The translations under genes were made by a program, and so were the position numbers. Shown here in pieces: positions 47,854 to 57,029 of a stretch of DNA of 64,000 nucleotides (position 1 is the stretch's first letter; each line of letters starts with the position of its first letter). The notes below the pieces were generated by a model that saw only the letters and a program-made list of their open reading frames with translations, searched no databases and was not told where the DNA came from. Source of the stretch: Candidatus Aminicenantes bacterium (GTDB lineage: Bacteria > Acidobacteriota > Aminicenantia > UBA2199). The stretch lies in contig DSBM01000125.1 of NCBI GenBank assembly GCA_011049425.1, positions 1,553 to 65,552 on the forward strand. Reading direction: 5' to 3'.

Positions 47854-49061
47854 CGCACCACCTGAACGGTATTGAAAATGGGAAGGTAAATCGACAACAG
47901 CATAAACGCGATCACCAGGCCCAGTATCACAATCACCACCGGTTCAATTAAGGATATGACGGATGCCACCTTCATGTCAATGGAGGCCTCCAGGAATTCA
48001 CTGTTCTGATCCAGAACTTCCGGCAGGTTGCCGGAAGAATCGCCTACCCGCACCAATTCGACCGTAATGGATGGGATATCCGGCACCCCGGCCAGCACTT
48101 CAGACAACAATCGCCCGCTGCGAATCTCTTCCGGTACATTGCGCATGCGCAGGTAAAGCCAACGGTTTGAAATGCCGGTGACCGCGACTTCTGCGGCATC
48201 CGGGACCGTAACACCGCCGGCAATCAGGATCGACAACGTCCGCGAGAAAACTGAAAAAGCACGCTCACGAATAATCCCGCCTGCAAAGGGGGCGCGGAGC
48301 TTGATGCGGTCGGTAACGGCCAACTCGGGGTTGAGCTTTTCCGCCAGGCGCAGCGCCAGTACCATGGCCGCCAAACCGGCAAGGATGATCGGGGCGTTTG
48401 CCTTGAGAAATCGCGAGGATTGAATGAAAAACAAACTGATTCCCGGCATTTCTGCTTCAAAGTTGCCGTAGAATTCGGAAAAACGCGGGATCACGAAAAC
48501 CATCACGGCGCCCACCATGAGAATCATGAGCACAAACAGAATCGCCGGGTAGGTCAGGCTGCTGACGGTTTTGCGTCGCAACGTGTTGATTCGCTCCAGG
48601 TACGTGTTGAACTGCCGCAACATGCTGTCCAGGTTGCCGCTGCCCTCACCCGCGAGCAGGGACGCACGGTAAATACGCACATATGGAAGTTGGCTGTTGT
48701 TTAGGGCATCGGAAATCTGCACCCCGTTGCGCACGTCACTCAGGGCCCGGGTGACCACTTCTCTGAGCGGTCCTTTGCGCATGCCTTCCAGAATGACTTC
48801 CAGCGCCCGGATAAATGAAGAGCCGGCACGCAGCAACACGGCCAGTTTCTGGTTGAACAAGAGAAACTCGCCATAACGGATGCGCCTTGAGAACAGATTG
48901 CGCAACGACCGGTTCATGCCGAACAGGCGTTGGGCCGAGATGATCTTTTCGTCCCCATCGCCCCGGTATAAGGCTTCCAATTCACGGCGGCCGGCGGCGA
49001 ACACAACCCTTTGTGAAACCCTGCCGGCTACGTTACAAAAACGACAGCGAAAATAGGGCAT
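47850..49061 (-). CDS. pilC: type II secretion system F-family inner-membrane platform protein PilC/GspF
   Basis: 403 aa; duplicated T2SS-F domains with 3 TM segments; ATGA overlap with pilB. Confidence 0.85.
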   Translation of the reverse strand: MPYFRCRFCNVAGRVSQRVVFAAGRRELEALYRGDGDEKIISAQRLFGMNRSLRNLFSRRIRYGEFLLFNQKLAVLLRAGSSFIRALEVILEGMRKGPLREVVTRALSDVRNGVQISDALNNSQLPYVRIYRASLLAGEGSGNLDSMLRQFNTYLERINTLRRKTVSSLTYPAILFVLMILMVGAVMVFVIPRFSEFYGNFEAEMPGISLFFIQSSRFLKANAPIILAGLAAMVLALRLAEKLNPELAVTDRIKLRAPFAGGIIRERAFSVFSRTLSILIAGGVTVPDAAEVAVTGISNRWLYLRMRNVPEEIRSGRLLSEVLAGVPDIPSITVELVRVGDSSGNLPEVLDQNSEFLEASIDMKVASVISLIEPVVIVILGLVIAFMLLSIYLPIFNTVQVVR

Positions 49062-50330
49062 CTACACCAACCTGGCCTGCCCGGGAAAGAACGGCTCCAG
49101 TATCGGGGGAATCCGCACTCCGCCGTCAGTGGTCTGGAAATTTTCCATAATGGCGGCTACTGTGCGCCCGACGGCAAGACCGGATCCATTAAGGGTGTGT
49201 GGAAAAGTTTTCCGGCCTTTTTCATCCAGAAGCCGGATTCTGGCCCGGCGGGCTTGGAAATCATGGAAATTGGAACAGGAAGAGATTTCCATGTAATCAT
49301 TGCGTGCCGGCATCCAAACCTCGATATCATACGTCTTGGCTGACGAAAAAGACATATCACCCGTACACAACAGCACCACGCGATAATGCAGGTTCAGTCT
49401 TTGCAGGACGCGTTCCGCATCCATGGTCAAGGACTCCAACTCAGCTGCGGAACGCGTCGGGGCCGCAAACTTAAGCAACTCCACTTTGTTGAACTGGTGA
49501 TTGCGGATAATGCCGCGCATATCCTTGCCGTAGGATCCCGCCTCGCTGCGGAAACACGGTGTATACGCCACGTATTTCAGCGGCAAATCGGCGTTGGTCA
49601 AGGCCTCATCGCGATGCAGGTTGGTCAGGGGAACCTCGGCGGTTGGGATCAGGTAAAAATCCTGGCCCTCAACTTTGAACAGGTCTGTCTTGAATTTGGG
49701 TAGATTCCCCGTACCCGTCAAGCTGTCCGAGTTGGCCAAAAAAGGCGGCAACACTTCCGTGTAACCGTGCTCGCGGGTATGCATGTCAAGCATAAACTGG
49801 ATCAGCGTCCGCTCCAGGCGGGCAAGGTTACCGAAGTAGACCGCGAAGCGGGCACCGGCGATCTTGGCGGCACGGGGAAAATCCAGCCGTCCGATATCAC
49901 TACCCAATTCCCAATGCGGCCGCGCCTCAAAATCAAAAGCGGGCTTTTCGCCCCATTGCCGGACCACCCGGTTATCGGTGGCGTCACGTCCCAAGGGAAC
50001 GGAATCGTCCGGCAGGTTGGGAAGGTTCAGCCACAGTTCATTGAACTCTCTCTCCACCTCTCCGAGCTGCTCGTCCAACGCCTCTACTTCCCGTCCCAGG
50101 GCGACACTGTGCTGTTCCAGTTCAGTTGTATCTTTTTTGTCGCGACGCAGTATACCAATCTGTCTGGAGATGGCTTTTCTCTTGCCCTTCAGCGCTTCCG
50201 CATGCGTAATCAGGCGCCGCCGCTTTTCATCCACTGCCTGAAATGTTTCGCTATCGAAATCGACTTTCTTGGAAGTGATCTTTTTCTTTACCTGCTCAAG
50301 GTTTTGGCGCACATAATTCAAATCCAGCAT
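49062..50330 (-). CDS. serS: serine--tRNA ligase
   Basis: ORF to 50636 trimmed to ATG 50330 (MLDLNYVRQNLE...), giving 422 aa; coiled-coil N-arm and class II motifs (FRSEAGS, GSGLAVGR). Confidence 0.9.
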   Translation of the reverse strand: MLDLNYVRQNLEQVKKKITSKKVDFDSETFQAVDEKRRRLITHAEALKGKRKAISRQIGILRRDKKDTTELEQHSVALGREVEALDEQLGEVEREFNELWLNLPNLPDDSVPLGRDATDNRVVRQWGEKPAFDFEARPHWELGSDIGRLDFPRAAKIAGARFAVYFGNLARLERTLIQFMLDMHTREHGYTEVLPPFLANSDSLTGTGNLPKFKTDLFKVEGQDFYLIPTAEVPLTNLHRDEALTNADLPLKYVAYTPCFRSEAGSYGKDMRGIIRNHQFNKVELLKFAAPTRSAAELESLTMDAERVLQRLNLHYRVVLLCTGDMSFSSAKTYDIEVWMPARNDYMEISSCSNFHDFQARRARIRLLDEKGRKTFPHTLNGSGLAVGRTVAAIMENFQTTDGGVRIPPILEPFFPGQARLV

Positions 50331-50471
50331 GGACGAATTATAACACAGCCCCACGGAGCAGACCATACGCATGCCGCCGGCTTCTCTTAACGGTCCCCTT
50401 CTCAATGTTTTCCACATTTTTTGACTTCGCCCACAGAACCGCCTTGACTTCAACCTCCCCGAACCGGTAAT

Positions 50472-51842
50472 ATGAAAAGGTCCCGGAAACGGGGGGATCA
50501 GGCGCGCTCTTTCAACAGCATGAAACCGCACCTGACTGGACCTGGAAGCGGGGACAGCCAAAGGGGGCGTCAACCAGCCGTTTGCGGCATGGGAGTCCGC
50601 TCTCGCTGGTTTGGCGACACTGCGCAGACAATGCATCGCAAAGACGAGACCGCAAATCTGTTGAAAGCCCTGTCCACCGGACTGAATGAGTCTGCGGCGA
50701 TTGAATCATTCCTGCACCGGTTGCCGGAACTTTTGATGCGCCATCTTCCCCTGGGACCTCTCGTCCTTTTTTACCGCGACGGCGACGGCAACCGTTTCTC
50801 GACCTACGGCCGCACACGAGACGTCGGAGAACTCACCAACCTGGCCGATGACAGCAACCTGATCACCTGCTTCAACCACCGCACCAACCCGCTGGTCATC
50901 AATGGCCGTTCCGACATGTATCGCATCCTCTTTAATCGGGACACAGACGGATTGATCGACCGCCTGGGTATCAACCTCATTCTGCCGATCCATTTTCACG
51001 GCTACCATCGCGGAGTGGTGGCCGCGCGAATGGAGCGCAAGTGCCGGATTTCCCCAACTTCAATGGCCCACATTCTTGACCAATGCGCAACCATCATCGT
51101 TCCTGCCATTGAAATGGAAAGGTTGGAACTGGAGAATGACCGCAACCACTATAGATTGTTTAAATTTGATCGCCTGGTCCTGCTGGGCCAAATGGCGGCA
51201 TCCATCGCCCATGAGCTGAAAACTCCCATGAGCACCGTGTTGTTGGAGCTCCAGGAGTTACAGGACGGCGATCTCAATTCCGCGGAAACCATGCGCTCAT
51301 TCGGCAAAATCCGCACAGAGATGATCCGTTTGAATGAGTTGATCGAATCCCTGCTGAGTTTTTCGCGTTTTCGTCCCTTGCAGGTAGAGGAAGTCGACCT
51401 GAAAGCGCTGGTGGAATCAACCCTGGAAAGTCTTCCCTGCAAACGCATACCCGAAGGCGCCCGGATCCACACCCGCTTCGAAAAATCATTGGTGAGCCAC
51501 GCTGACCGCAACCGTCTCCACCAGGTTTTGCTCAACGTCCTGTTTAACGCGTTCGACGCTGCGGGTCCGGGGGGAGAGATTGGAGTCCGCGCGTATGCGG
51601 AGTGTACAAAGACAAAAAGAAACAGGCGCCATGTCATCGCTGTCAGCGACAATGGCCCCGGTATCCCACAAAAGCATAAAAACCATGTTCTGGAGCCTTT
51701 TTTCACCACCAAAACCAATGGCACCGGCCTGGGGCTGTATATTTCTTATGGCATCATGACCAGCCTGAAGGGGGACCTTGAGATCCAGAGCTCGAAAAAG
51801 GGCACGACGGTACTTTTAGTTCTCCCGGGGAAATCAGCATGA
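50472..51842 (+). CDS. cytoplasmic sensor histidine kinase (NtrB/AtoS-like) with GAF-like N-domain
   Basis: H-box SIAHELKTPMS, N/G boxes VLLNVLFNAFDA...GTGLGLYISYGIM; no TM segments; start codon uncertain. Confidence 0.75.
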   Translation: MKRSRKRGDQARSFNSMKPHLTGPGSGDSQRGRQPAVCGMGVRSRWFGDTAQTMHRKDETANLLKALSTGLNESAAIESFLHRLPELLMRHLPLGPLVLFYRDGDGNRFSTYGRTRDVGELTNLADDSNLITCFNHRTNPLVINGRSDMYRILFNRDTDGLIDRLGINLILPIHFHGYHRGVVAARMERKCRISPTSMAHILDQCATIIVPAIEMERLELENDRNHYRLFKFDRLVLLGQMAASIAHELKTPMSTVLLELQELQDGDLNSAETMRSFGKIRTEMIRLNELIESLLSFSRFRPLQVEEVDLKALVESTLESLPCKRIPEGARIHTRFEKSLVSHADRNRLHQVLLNVLFNAFDAAGPGGEIGVRAYAECTKTKRNRRHVIAVSDNGPGIPQKHKNHVLEPFFTTKTNGTGLGLYISYGIMTSLKGDLEIQSSKKGTTVLLVLPGKSA

Positions 51843-53182
51843 ACGGCAAGGCAACCATCTTGATTGTAGAGGATGACAACGCCCTGCGGGACTCCCTGCG
51901 GCGCATCCTCATGCGCCGAAATTACAGTATTGAGGAGTCTCCCACCCTGAAACAGGCGATGTCCACGGTGAAAACAACCATTTACGAGCTAATACTCCTG
52001 GATCTGACTTTACCGGACGGCAACGGCACCTCCCTGTTGAACCAAATCCGCGAAGAAGACCGCAATCGCGTAATTGTCATCTCGGGTACCCGCAACCTGG
52101 ATATGGCGATCCAGGCCATGAAAATGGGCGTATACGATTTCCTGGTAAAACCGATTGACCGGGAAATCCTGTTGGCCACCATCCAGAAGGCGCTGAACGT
52201 CAATCGCCAGTTGGCGGGCTATCGGGAATTGCGTGGTTCTCTGCGTGATTTTTCCAGTTTTGACCGCATTCAGTTCCGCAGTCGTTTAATGCGCCAAGTG
52301 ATACACAAGGCCCGGGAAGCCGCGGAATCCGATCGCACCATATTGATCCAGGGCGAAACCGGCACGGGGAAAGAACTCCTGGCTTACGCCATTCACAATG
52401 CGTCTCCCCGTCAGCATCGACCCATTATTCCCGTTAACTGTGCCGCGATCCCTGAGCATCTGGCCGAATCAGAGTTGTTTGGATTTGAGCAGGGAGCTTT
52501 TACAGGTGCCGATTCCAGTTATTCCGGACGGTTTCGTTTGGCGGATAAGGGAACCATTTTTCTGGACGAAATCGGAGAACTACCCCAATCCATTCAGTCC
52601 AAATTGTTACGCGTACTTGAGTCCGGCGAAGTCATCTCCCTGAAAAGCCGCCGCATGGACCGGCTGGATGTCCGCGTAATTGCGGCTTCGAACCGCAGTC
52701 TCAAACAAATGGTTGATACCGGACTGTTTCGTGAGGATCTCTTCTACCGGGTGGAACAGATCCGCCTAATCATTCCGCCTTTGCGCAAACGCCCGGAAGA
52801 TATCAAGCTGCTTGCCGATGGTTTTCTGCGCAGCGCGGCTCTCACCTACAACAAGGAAGTGGTGCGTTTGTCCCACGAAGCACAAGCGTATATGACAGCC
52901 TACCACTGGCCTGGAAATGTCCGCGAACTGAAAAACACGGTATTTGAAATCGTGACATTTATCGACGGCACCGAAATTCAACCCAGACACCTGCCCACCA
53001 AGATCCTGGACCGCTCAACCGCGGGGAACGGACCGGTCAAGACCTTGAAGCAGATTGAAGAAGAACACATCCAACAGGTACTTGAATCCACGGGATTCAA
53101 CATCAGCCGTGCGGCCAAGCTGTTGGGAATTTCCCGACCCTCTCTCTACCGAAAAATCAGCGCATTCAACCTGAAGCGTTGA
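51839..53182 (+). CDS. sigma-54-dependent Fis-family response regulator (NtrC-type)
   Basis: 447 aa; receiver ILIVEDD...LILLDLTLPDG, AAA+ GETGTGKELLA + GAFTGA, C-terminal Fis HTH. Confidence 0.9.
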   Translation: MNGKATILIVEDDNALRDSLRRILMRRNYSIEESPTLKQAMSTVKTTIYELILLDLTLPDGNGTSLLNQIREEDRNRVIVISGTRNLDMAIQAMKMGVYDFLVKPIDREILLATIQKALNVNRQLAGYRELRGSLRDFSSFDRIQFRSRLMRQVIHKAREAAESDRTILIQGETGTGKELLAYAIHNASPRQHRPIIPVNCAAIPEHLAESELFGFEQGAFTGADSSYSGRFRLADKGTIFLDEIGELPQSIQSKLLRVLESGEVISLKSRRMDRLDVRVIAASNRSLKQMVDTGLFREDLFYRVEQIRLIIPPLRKRPEDIKLLADGFLRSAALTYNKEVVRLSHEAQAYMTAYHWPGNVRELKNTVFEIVTFIDGTEIQPRHLPTKILDRSTAGNGPVKTLKQIEEEHIQQVLESTGFNISRAAKLLGISRPSLYRKISAFNLKR

Positions 53183-53196
53183 CCGATTCAGGGTGA

Positions 53197-53883
53197 TCAG
53201 CCCAGATATTTGTTGTACAGCCGCATCAGGTCCATCTCTTCCAGGTCCATGGCGGGGATTGGCTCCCGCGGCAGCAGGCGGCCCTTCTTGATAAAAGAGA
53301 CCCGGTCCGCAATCTGCAAGGCGTAAAAAATATCATCGGTCAGATAAAGAATCGCGTGACCATTTTGACGGCGTTGCATCAGCAATTTGTTAAATTCCAG
53401 TTCAAAAGCCTTTTTTTCACCATGGATCAAATCGTTGCATATCAGGTTGGGCGCCGGGATCGCCATGATTATGGCCAGAACCAACTTGCGGAAAGCCTCT
53501 TCATCCGCATCCCGCAAACGTCTGTCCAGTTGTTCCTCGCCCACGTTCAATTTGATCAGGATCTCATATACGGCTTCCCGGGAAAGCTTGGCGGCGCGGC
53601 AAAGGAATGACAGGTGGGCATTGAGGGTGGCTTCGGCATCAAAATCAGCGGCATTTACCGGCTCCAGGGCAACCGTTCCTGCCTTTATTTCGGTTGCGTT
53701 ACCCGGGAAAACCACCTCTCCATGATCCGGGAGAGAAAAGCCCCGCAATACGGAAAAAAGGCGCTTGCGCAGAACTCCCTGTTTGCATAGCAGGCAAAAG
53801 ATTTCTCCGTCCGCCACGGCCAGGTTCAGGTCGTGCACGCAATCATTGCCTTTTCCCAGCGTCAATCCGGACATGCGAATCAT
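53197..53883 (-). CDS. ABC-ATPase-like protein with degenerate Walker A and no LSGGQ signature
   Basis: ORF to 53967 trimmed to ATG 53883 (ATGA overlap with upstream permease stop); ABC-like D/H-loop region ILYLTDDIFYALQIADRVSFIKKGRL but P-loop replaced by LLCKQGVLRK. Confidence 0.5.
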   Translation of the reverse strand: MIRMSGLTLGKGNDCVHDLNLAVADGEIFCLLCKQGVLRKRLFSVLRGFSLPDHGEVVFPGNATEIKAGTVALEPVNAADFDAEATLNAHLSFLCRAAKLSREAVYEILIKLNVGEEQLDRRLRDADEEAFRKLVLAIIMAIPAPNLICNDLIHGEKKAFELEFNKLLMQRRQNGHAILYLTDDIFYALQIADRVSFIKKGRLLPREPIPAMDLEEMDLMRLYNKYLG

Positions 53884-55223
53884 GGTTCTTTCGCCAGGCG
53901 ATGGTAACGCCGCTGAGACCAGGCGCACATCATGATCATGTACAACAGGATCAGGCATACCCCCCACCCGAACATGGTGGTCAAGTAACTGGGTGACTGG
54001 TAAACGCTCTCTCCCGGACGAACAAAGGATTTCACTTTTTCCGCTTTGTGAAAGTAGTGTTGCTGAAAAAAGAAGCGCATAAAACGCTCCTGAAGATGCA
54101 TGACATGCTGTTTGAAATCAAGGTATCCGCGATATCCCAATCCCGATATCTCACGATTGACGAATAGGAAAAACTGGGATGGGATCAATAGAGAGACGCG
54201 TTCGTATTGCCGGATCAGGCTGGAAACCCGCCGTGTCATATCAAGTTCGATATTGCGATTCAGTAGATGAATGTTTTTCATAAAGAAATGGACTTGCTTT
54301 CGAACCACCGCTTTCATGTCGACATCCTTTTTCTGGCTCATATTGCGTACATGTTCCACCGCCCGGGCCTCGTTTTCCAATACAACCCGCAGCTTCTGGA
54401 AGTTCAACGAGTCGTTGGACGGCAAACGTTGCGACCGGACGTAAACGTACTCGGCAACCAATTCCGGAACCAGGAACACCAGCGCGAACCAAATCAAAAA
54501 GCTCCATAACAGGGTGTTTTTGCTGAACCGGAAGACCCCTTTAAGCATAAACCCCAGGATGAAAAAAAAAGCCAGTACCACCCACAACAACAACCCAGCG
54601 GCCAGCAGATGACGGATCTCGGCCGGAGAAAAAGCGATGCTTCCCCAGAGGGCCAGAGCGCAAAGGCTTGCAATGGGAATACAAAAAAGTGCGGATAAAA
54701 CAGTAAAACGACTTAAAAGAACTCCCCAGAACACGCGTGAATAACCCAGAAACTGCATGCGCAGGACAATGGCGGAGCGACTGGAAAAAGTCGCCGCTCC
54801 GCTATAGACCATGATCAAGGTGCCGATGACAAACAGAAAGCCGAACACATCGCTGAAATAGCCTTTGACCGTGAAAAGCTGGCGCCCTTTGTGCACGTTG
54901 TAAATTTGGACCAATTCGCTCATGTCCACCTTGCTTTCCACGCTGGCCAGCAATCTGCCGCTTTCGGTGAAAACAGCCAGCGGCGATGGTTCAAAGAGCA
55001 CACGGAATCCAAGGGCCGCGTACTGGGCGTAGTTGACATATTGGGGAATCCGTTGTCGTTCATAATTGACAAACGCCTCTTTCTCTAATTGAAACGCGGC
55101 ATGGTTGCGATAGCCGCTAACCACCAGGAAAGTGGTAATCAAGAGAATGAGCAAGCCAACCCCGACAATGCGACGGTCACCCAACACGCGGCCGCTTTCA
55201 AAACAGAGGAATTCCCGGATCAT
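53880..55223 (-). CDS. multi-pass membrane permease (ABC-2-like) with large soluble insert
   Basis: 447 aa; TM1, ~80-aa loop, 5 clustered TMs, ~150-aa soluble region, terminal TM. Confidence 0.5.
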   Translation of the reverse strand: MIREFLCFESGRVLGDRRIVGVGLLILLITTFLVVSGYRNHAAFQLEKEAFVNYERQRIPQYVNYAQYAALGFRVLFEPSPLAVFTESGRLLASVESKVDMSELVQIYNVHKGRQLFTVKGYFSDVFGFLFVIGTLIMVYSGAATFSSRSAIVLRMQFLGYSRVFWGVLLSRFTVLSALFCIPIASLCALALWGSIAFSPAEIRHLLAAGLLLWVVLAFFFILGFMLKGVFRFSKNTLLWSFLIWFALVFLVPELVAEYVYVRSQRLPSNDSLNFQKLRVVLENEARAVEHVRNMSQKKDVDMKAVVRKQVHFFMKNIHLLNRNIELDMTRRVSSLIRQYERVSLLIPSQFFLFVNREISGLGYRGYLDFKQHVMHLQERFMRFFFQQHYFHKAEKVKSFVRPGESVYQSPSYLTTMFGWGVCLILLYMIMMCAWSQRRYHRLAKEP

Positions 55224-55279
55224 AAGCGCTCCCCAGCGATCATATCAGCCGTGGAAACCAAAATGCAAACCAAACCCCC

Positions 55280-55319
55280 CGGCGGAAAGAGCCTTGCTCT
55301 TCCCCCCTTATTTCCGCCG
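55280..55319 (-). terminator. possible intra-operon hairpin / attenuator
   Basis: cggcggaaa...tttccgccg 9-bp stem enclosing a 22-nt loop with inner agagc/gctct pairing, followed on the minus strand by G/T-rich tract. Confidence 0.3.
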
Positions 55320-55351
55320 AGGGGCCCGGATCAACCAAAATGATGGATTTT

Positions 55352-56056
55352 TCAAGCATTGTAAAACACCAGCGTGGCATAATTGCCGTATAAGATGGCA
55401 TCTGAATAGTTCTGCAACAACTTCCATATCGATTCAATGGGCGGGCAGATGCCCTGCTGCATCAGCTCGCGGATCTTCTGCATCCCCAGGATGATTTGAT
55501 CAACATGGGCCAGGTTGCGGCGCAGTACTCCGGGGATATCGCCGTTGGACAGGTTCTTTGCCACCCGTTCCATGACCGCAACCAACAGGTTGTTTTTTGT
55601 TGCAAATCCCCGATAGTCAAAACAACGCAGCCGCTCCAGGGCCGCGGCATCGTATTCCGAAACCGCGGCCACGGCCAAAACCTGCGCGTAATGCTCCCTT
55701 GAACAGGCCAACTTTTCAATGGCTGAATCCGCCAACTCCCCACCGCGCTTGAAATCGAAATCCGCCTCATACCCGGTTTCCACCTCGCTAAACAACAGGA
55801 AGGCATCGGCATTGGATTCAAGGAAAATGGACGTTGCCTTCATCACGCGGCTTTCGATGGCCTTTCCGTCACCGCCCAGATAGGGCGGGATTCCGTTCAT
55901 CAAAACCAGGGCATGCAGGTAAGTAAAGATCGTAGCCAGGATTAAACCGGTCAGCACCACCTTGCCCGCGGGAAAAACCTTGTTTTGCTTCACGGCGACA
56001 CTCCTTTTCACGGCAGTTGCCCTCTTGCGGCTGCCGCGGCAATTATTCCAGGCCAT
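55352..56056 (-). CDS. hypothetical membrane-anchored protein
   Basis: 234-aa ORF; single hydrophobic segment VVLTGLILATIFTYLHALVL near N-terminus; start codon uncertain. Confidence 0.4.
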   Translation of the reverse strand: MAWNNCRGSRKRATAVKRSVAVKQNKVFPAGKVVLTGLILATIFTYLHALVLMNGIPPYLGGDGKAIESRVMKATSIFLESNADAFLLFSEVETGYEADFDFKRGGELADSAIEKLACSREHYAQVLAVAAVSEYDAAALERLRCFDYRGFATKNNLLVAVMERVAKNLSNGDIPGVLRRNLAHVDQIILGMQKIRELMQQGICPPIESIWKLLQNYSDAILYGNYATLVFYNA

Positions 56057-56092
56057 GATGTTGCGGCCGGCGGAAGTGGATCCGGCTCGATA

Positions 56093-56467
56093 TCAATTCC
56101 CCGCACGTGCGTTTCCTTCTCCATCCAGAAAAAGGGGAACCGTAACCGTCCACAGAATCAAAACTACCGAAGCAAACCAGGAACGATAAAGTCCCCAATA
56201 AGCAAAAGGTCCGCCCAACGTGTAAACCCATACCAGAAAGGACACCGTGCTTGCCGCCAACTGCATGGGCCGGACCACTTTCTGGAAGCGGCGCAGGTAA
56301 AAGGGAGTCAAAACCATAAGCACTGCGGCCGCGGCGGTCATTACCCATGGCCCGGAATCCTCAGGAATCATGCCCTGAACCGCCACCCAGGCGGTGACAA
56401 TTTCAGACGGGATCAGTTTCAGCAGCCGCTCAGAATAGCGTTGCGCCGTCCGGATCTGACGTGCCAT
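56093..56467 (-). CDS. hypothetical small membrane protein (3 TM)
   Basis: 124-aa ORF tightly spaced within the operon. Confidence 0.4.
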   Translation of the reverse strand: MARQIRTAQRYSERLLKLIPSEIVTAWVAVQGMIPEDSGPWVMTAAAAVLMVLTPFYLRRFQKVVRPMQLAASTVSFLVWVYTLGGPFAYWGLYRSWFASVVLILWTVTVPLFLDGEGNARAGN

Positions 56468-56469
56468 TT

Positions 56470-56871
56470 CTACCTCCCCTCCGCTAAGAACCCACGGTCC
56501 CGGATCTCTTTCAGGATGGCCTCCCGCAATATCGCCTGTATAGATGGCCCAACCGTTTTTACAATCTTTAGGAGTTCATCCTCGCCAATTCGGATGGCCC
56601 TGGCACAGTAAGCCAATTCACGTTTCTCACTTACGTTCACGAGCAACGCGCCCTGCCGGTCCTTCCCTTTAATGACCGTTTCCCGCCCCGCCTCGTGTTT
56701 CACCATAACGACCTCTTTGCCCGCCACCATCTGTGCCGCATTAATGACTTCATCTAAGCTCAGCATGAACGGTTCCAACCTATGATGGGGCATTGGAAAC
56801 ACTTGATAGGGCTGGACATTCGCTTTTTTGCCCTGATTCAAGAACCACCAAGCATCTCTCCAGTGTTTCAT
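56470..56871 (-). CDS. hypothetical small soluble protein
   Basis: 133-aa ORF immediately downstream of sigma-54 EBP; no assignable motif. Confidence 0.4.
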   Translation of the reverse strand: MKHWRDAWWFLNQGKKANVQPYQVFPMPHHRLEPFMLSLDEVINAAQMVAGKEVVMVKHEAGRETVIKGKDRQGALLVNVSEKRELAYCARAIRIGEDELLKIVKTVGPSIQAILREAILKEIRDRGFLAEGR

Positions 56872-57029
56872 TCCTTTACAGCTGGGCGGCTAAAATCCCC
56901 TGCTACCCTTGCTATCAGCGGGTTTTGCTCCTTTGCCTTCAGAATGTTAAGCAATGATACATTATGGTCTGCCACTCCGTATGCATTGATATTTCTATAA
57001 ATTTTGATCGCAACGCCTGTATCGATACT

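Noticed and set aside
56872-57029. Sigma-54 promoter upstream of the small-protein genes downstream of the EBP
   Set aside because: Scanned both strands for TGGCAC-N5-TTGC. Only partial matches with wrong spacing (GGCAAAGGAGCAA) were found, so no call was made.
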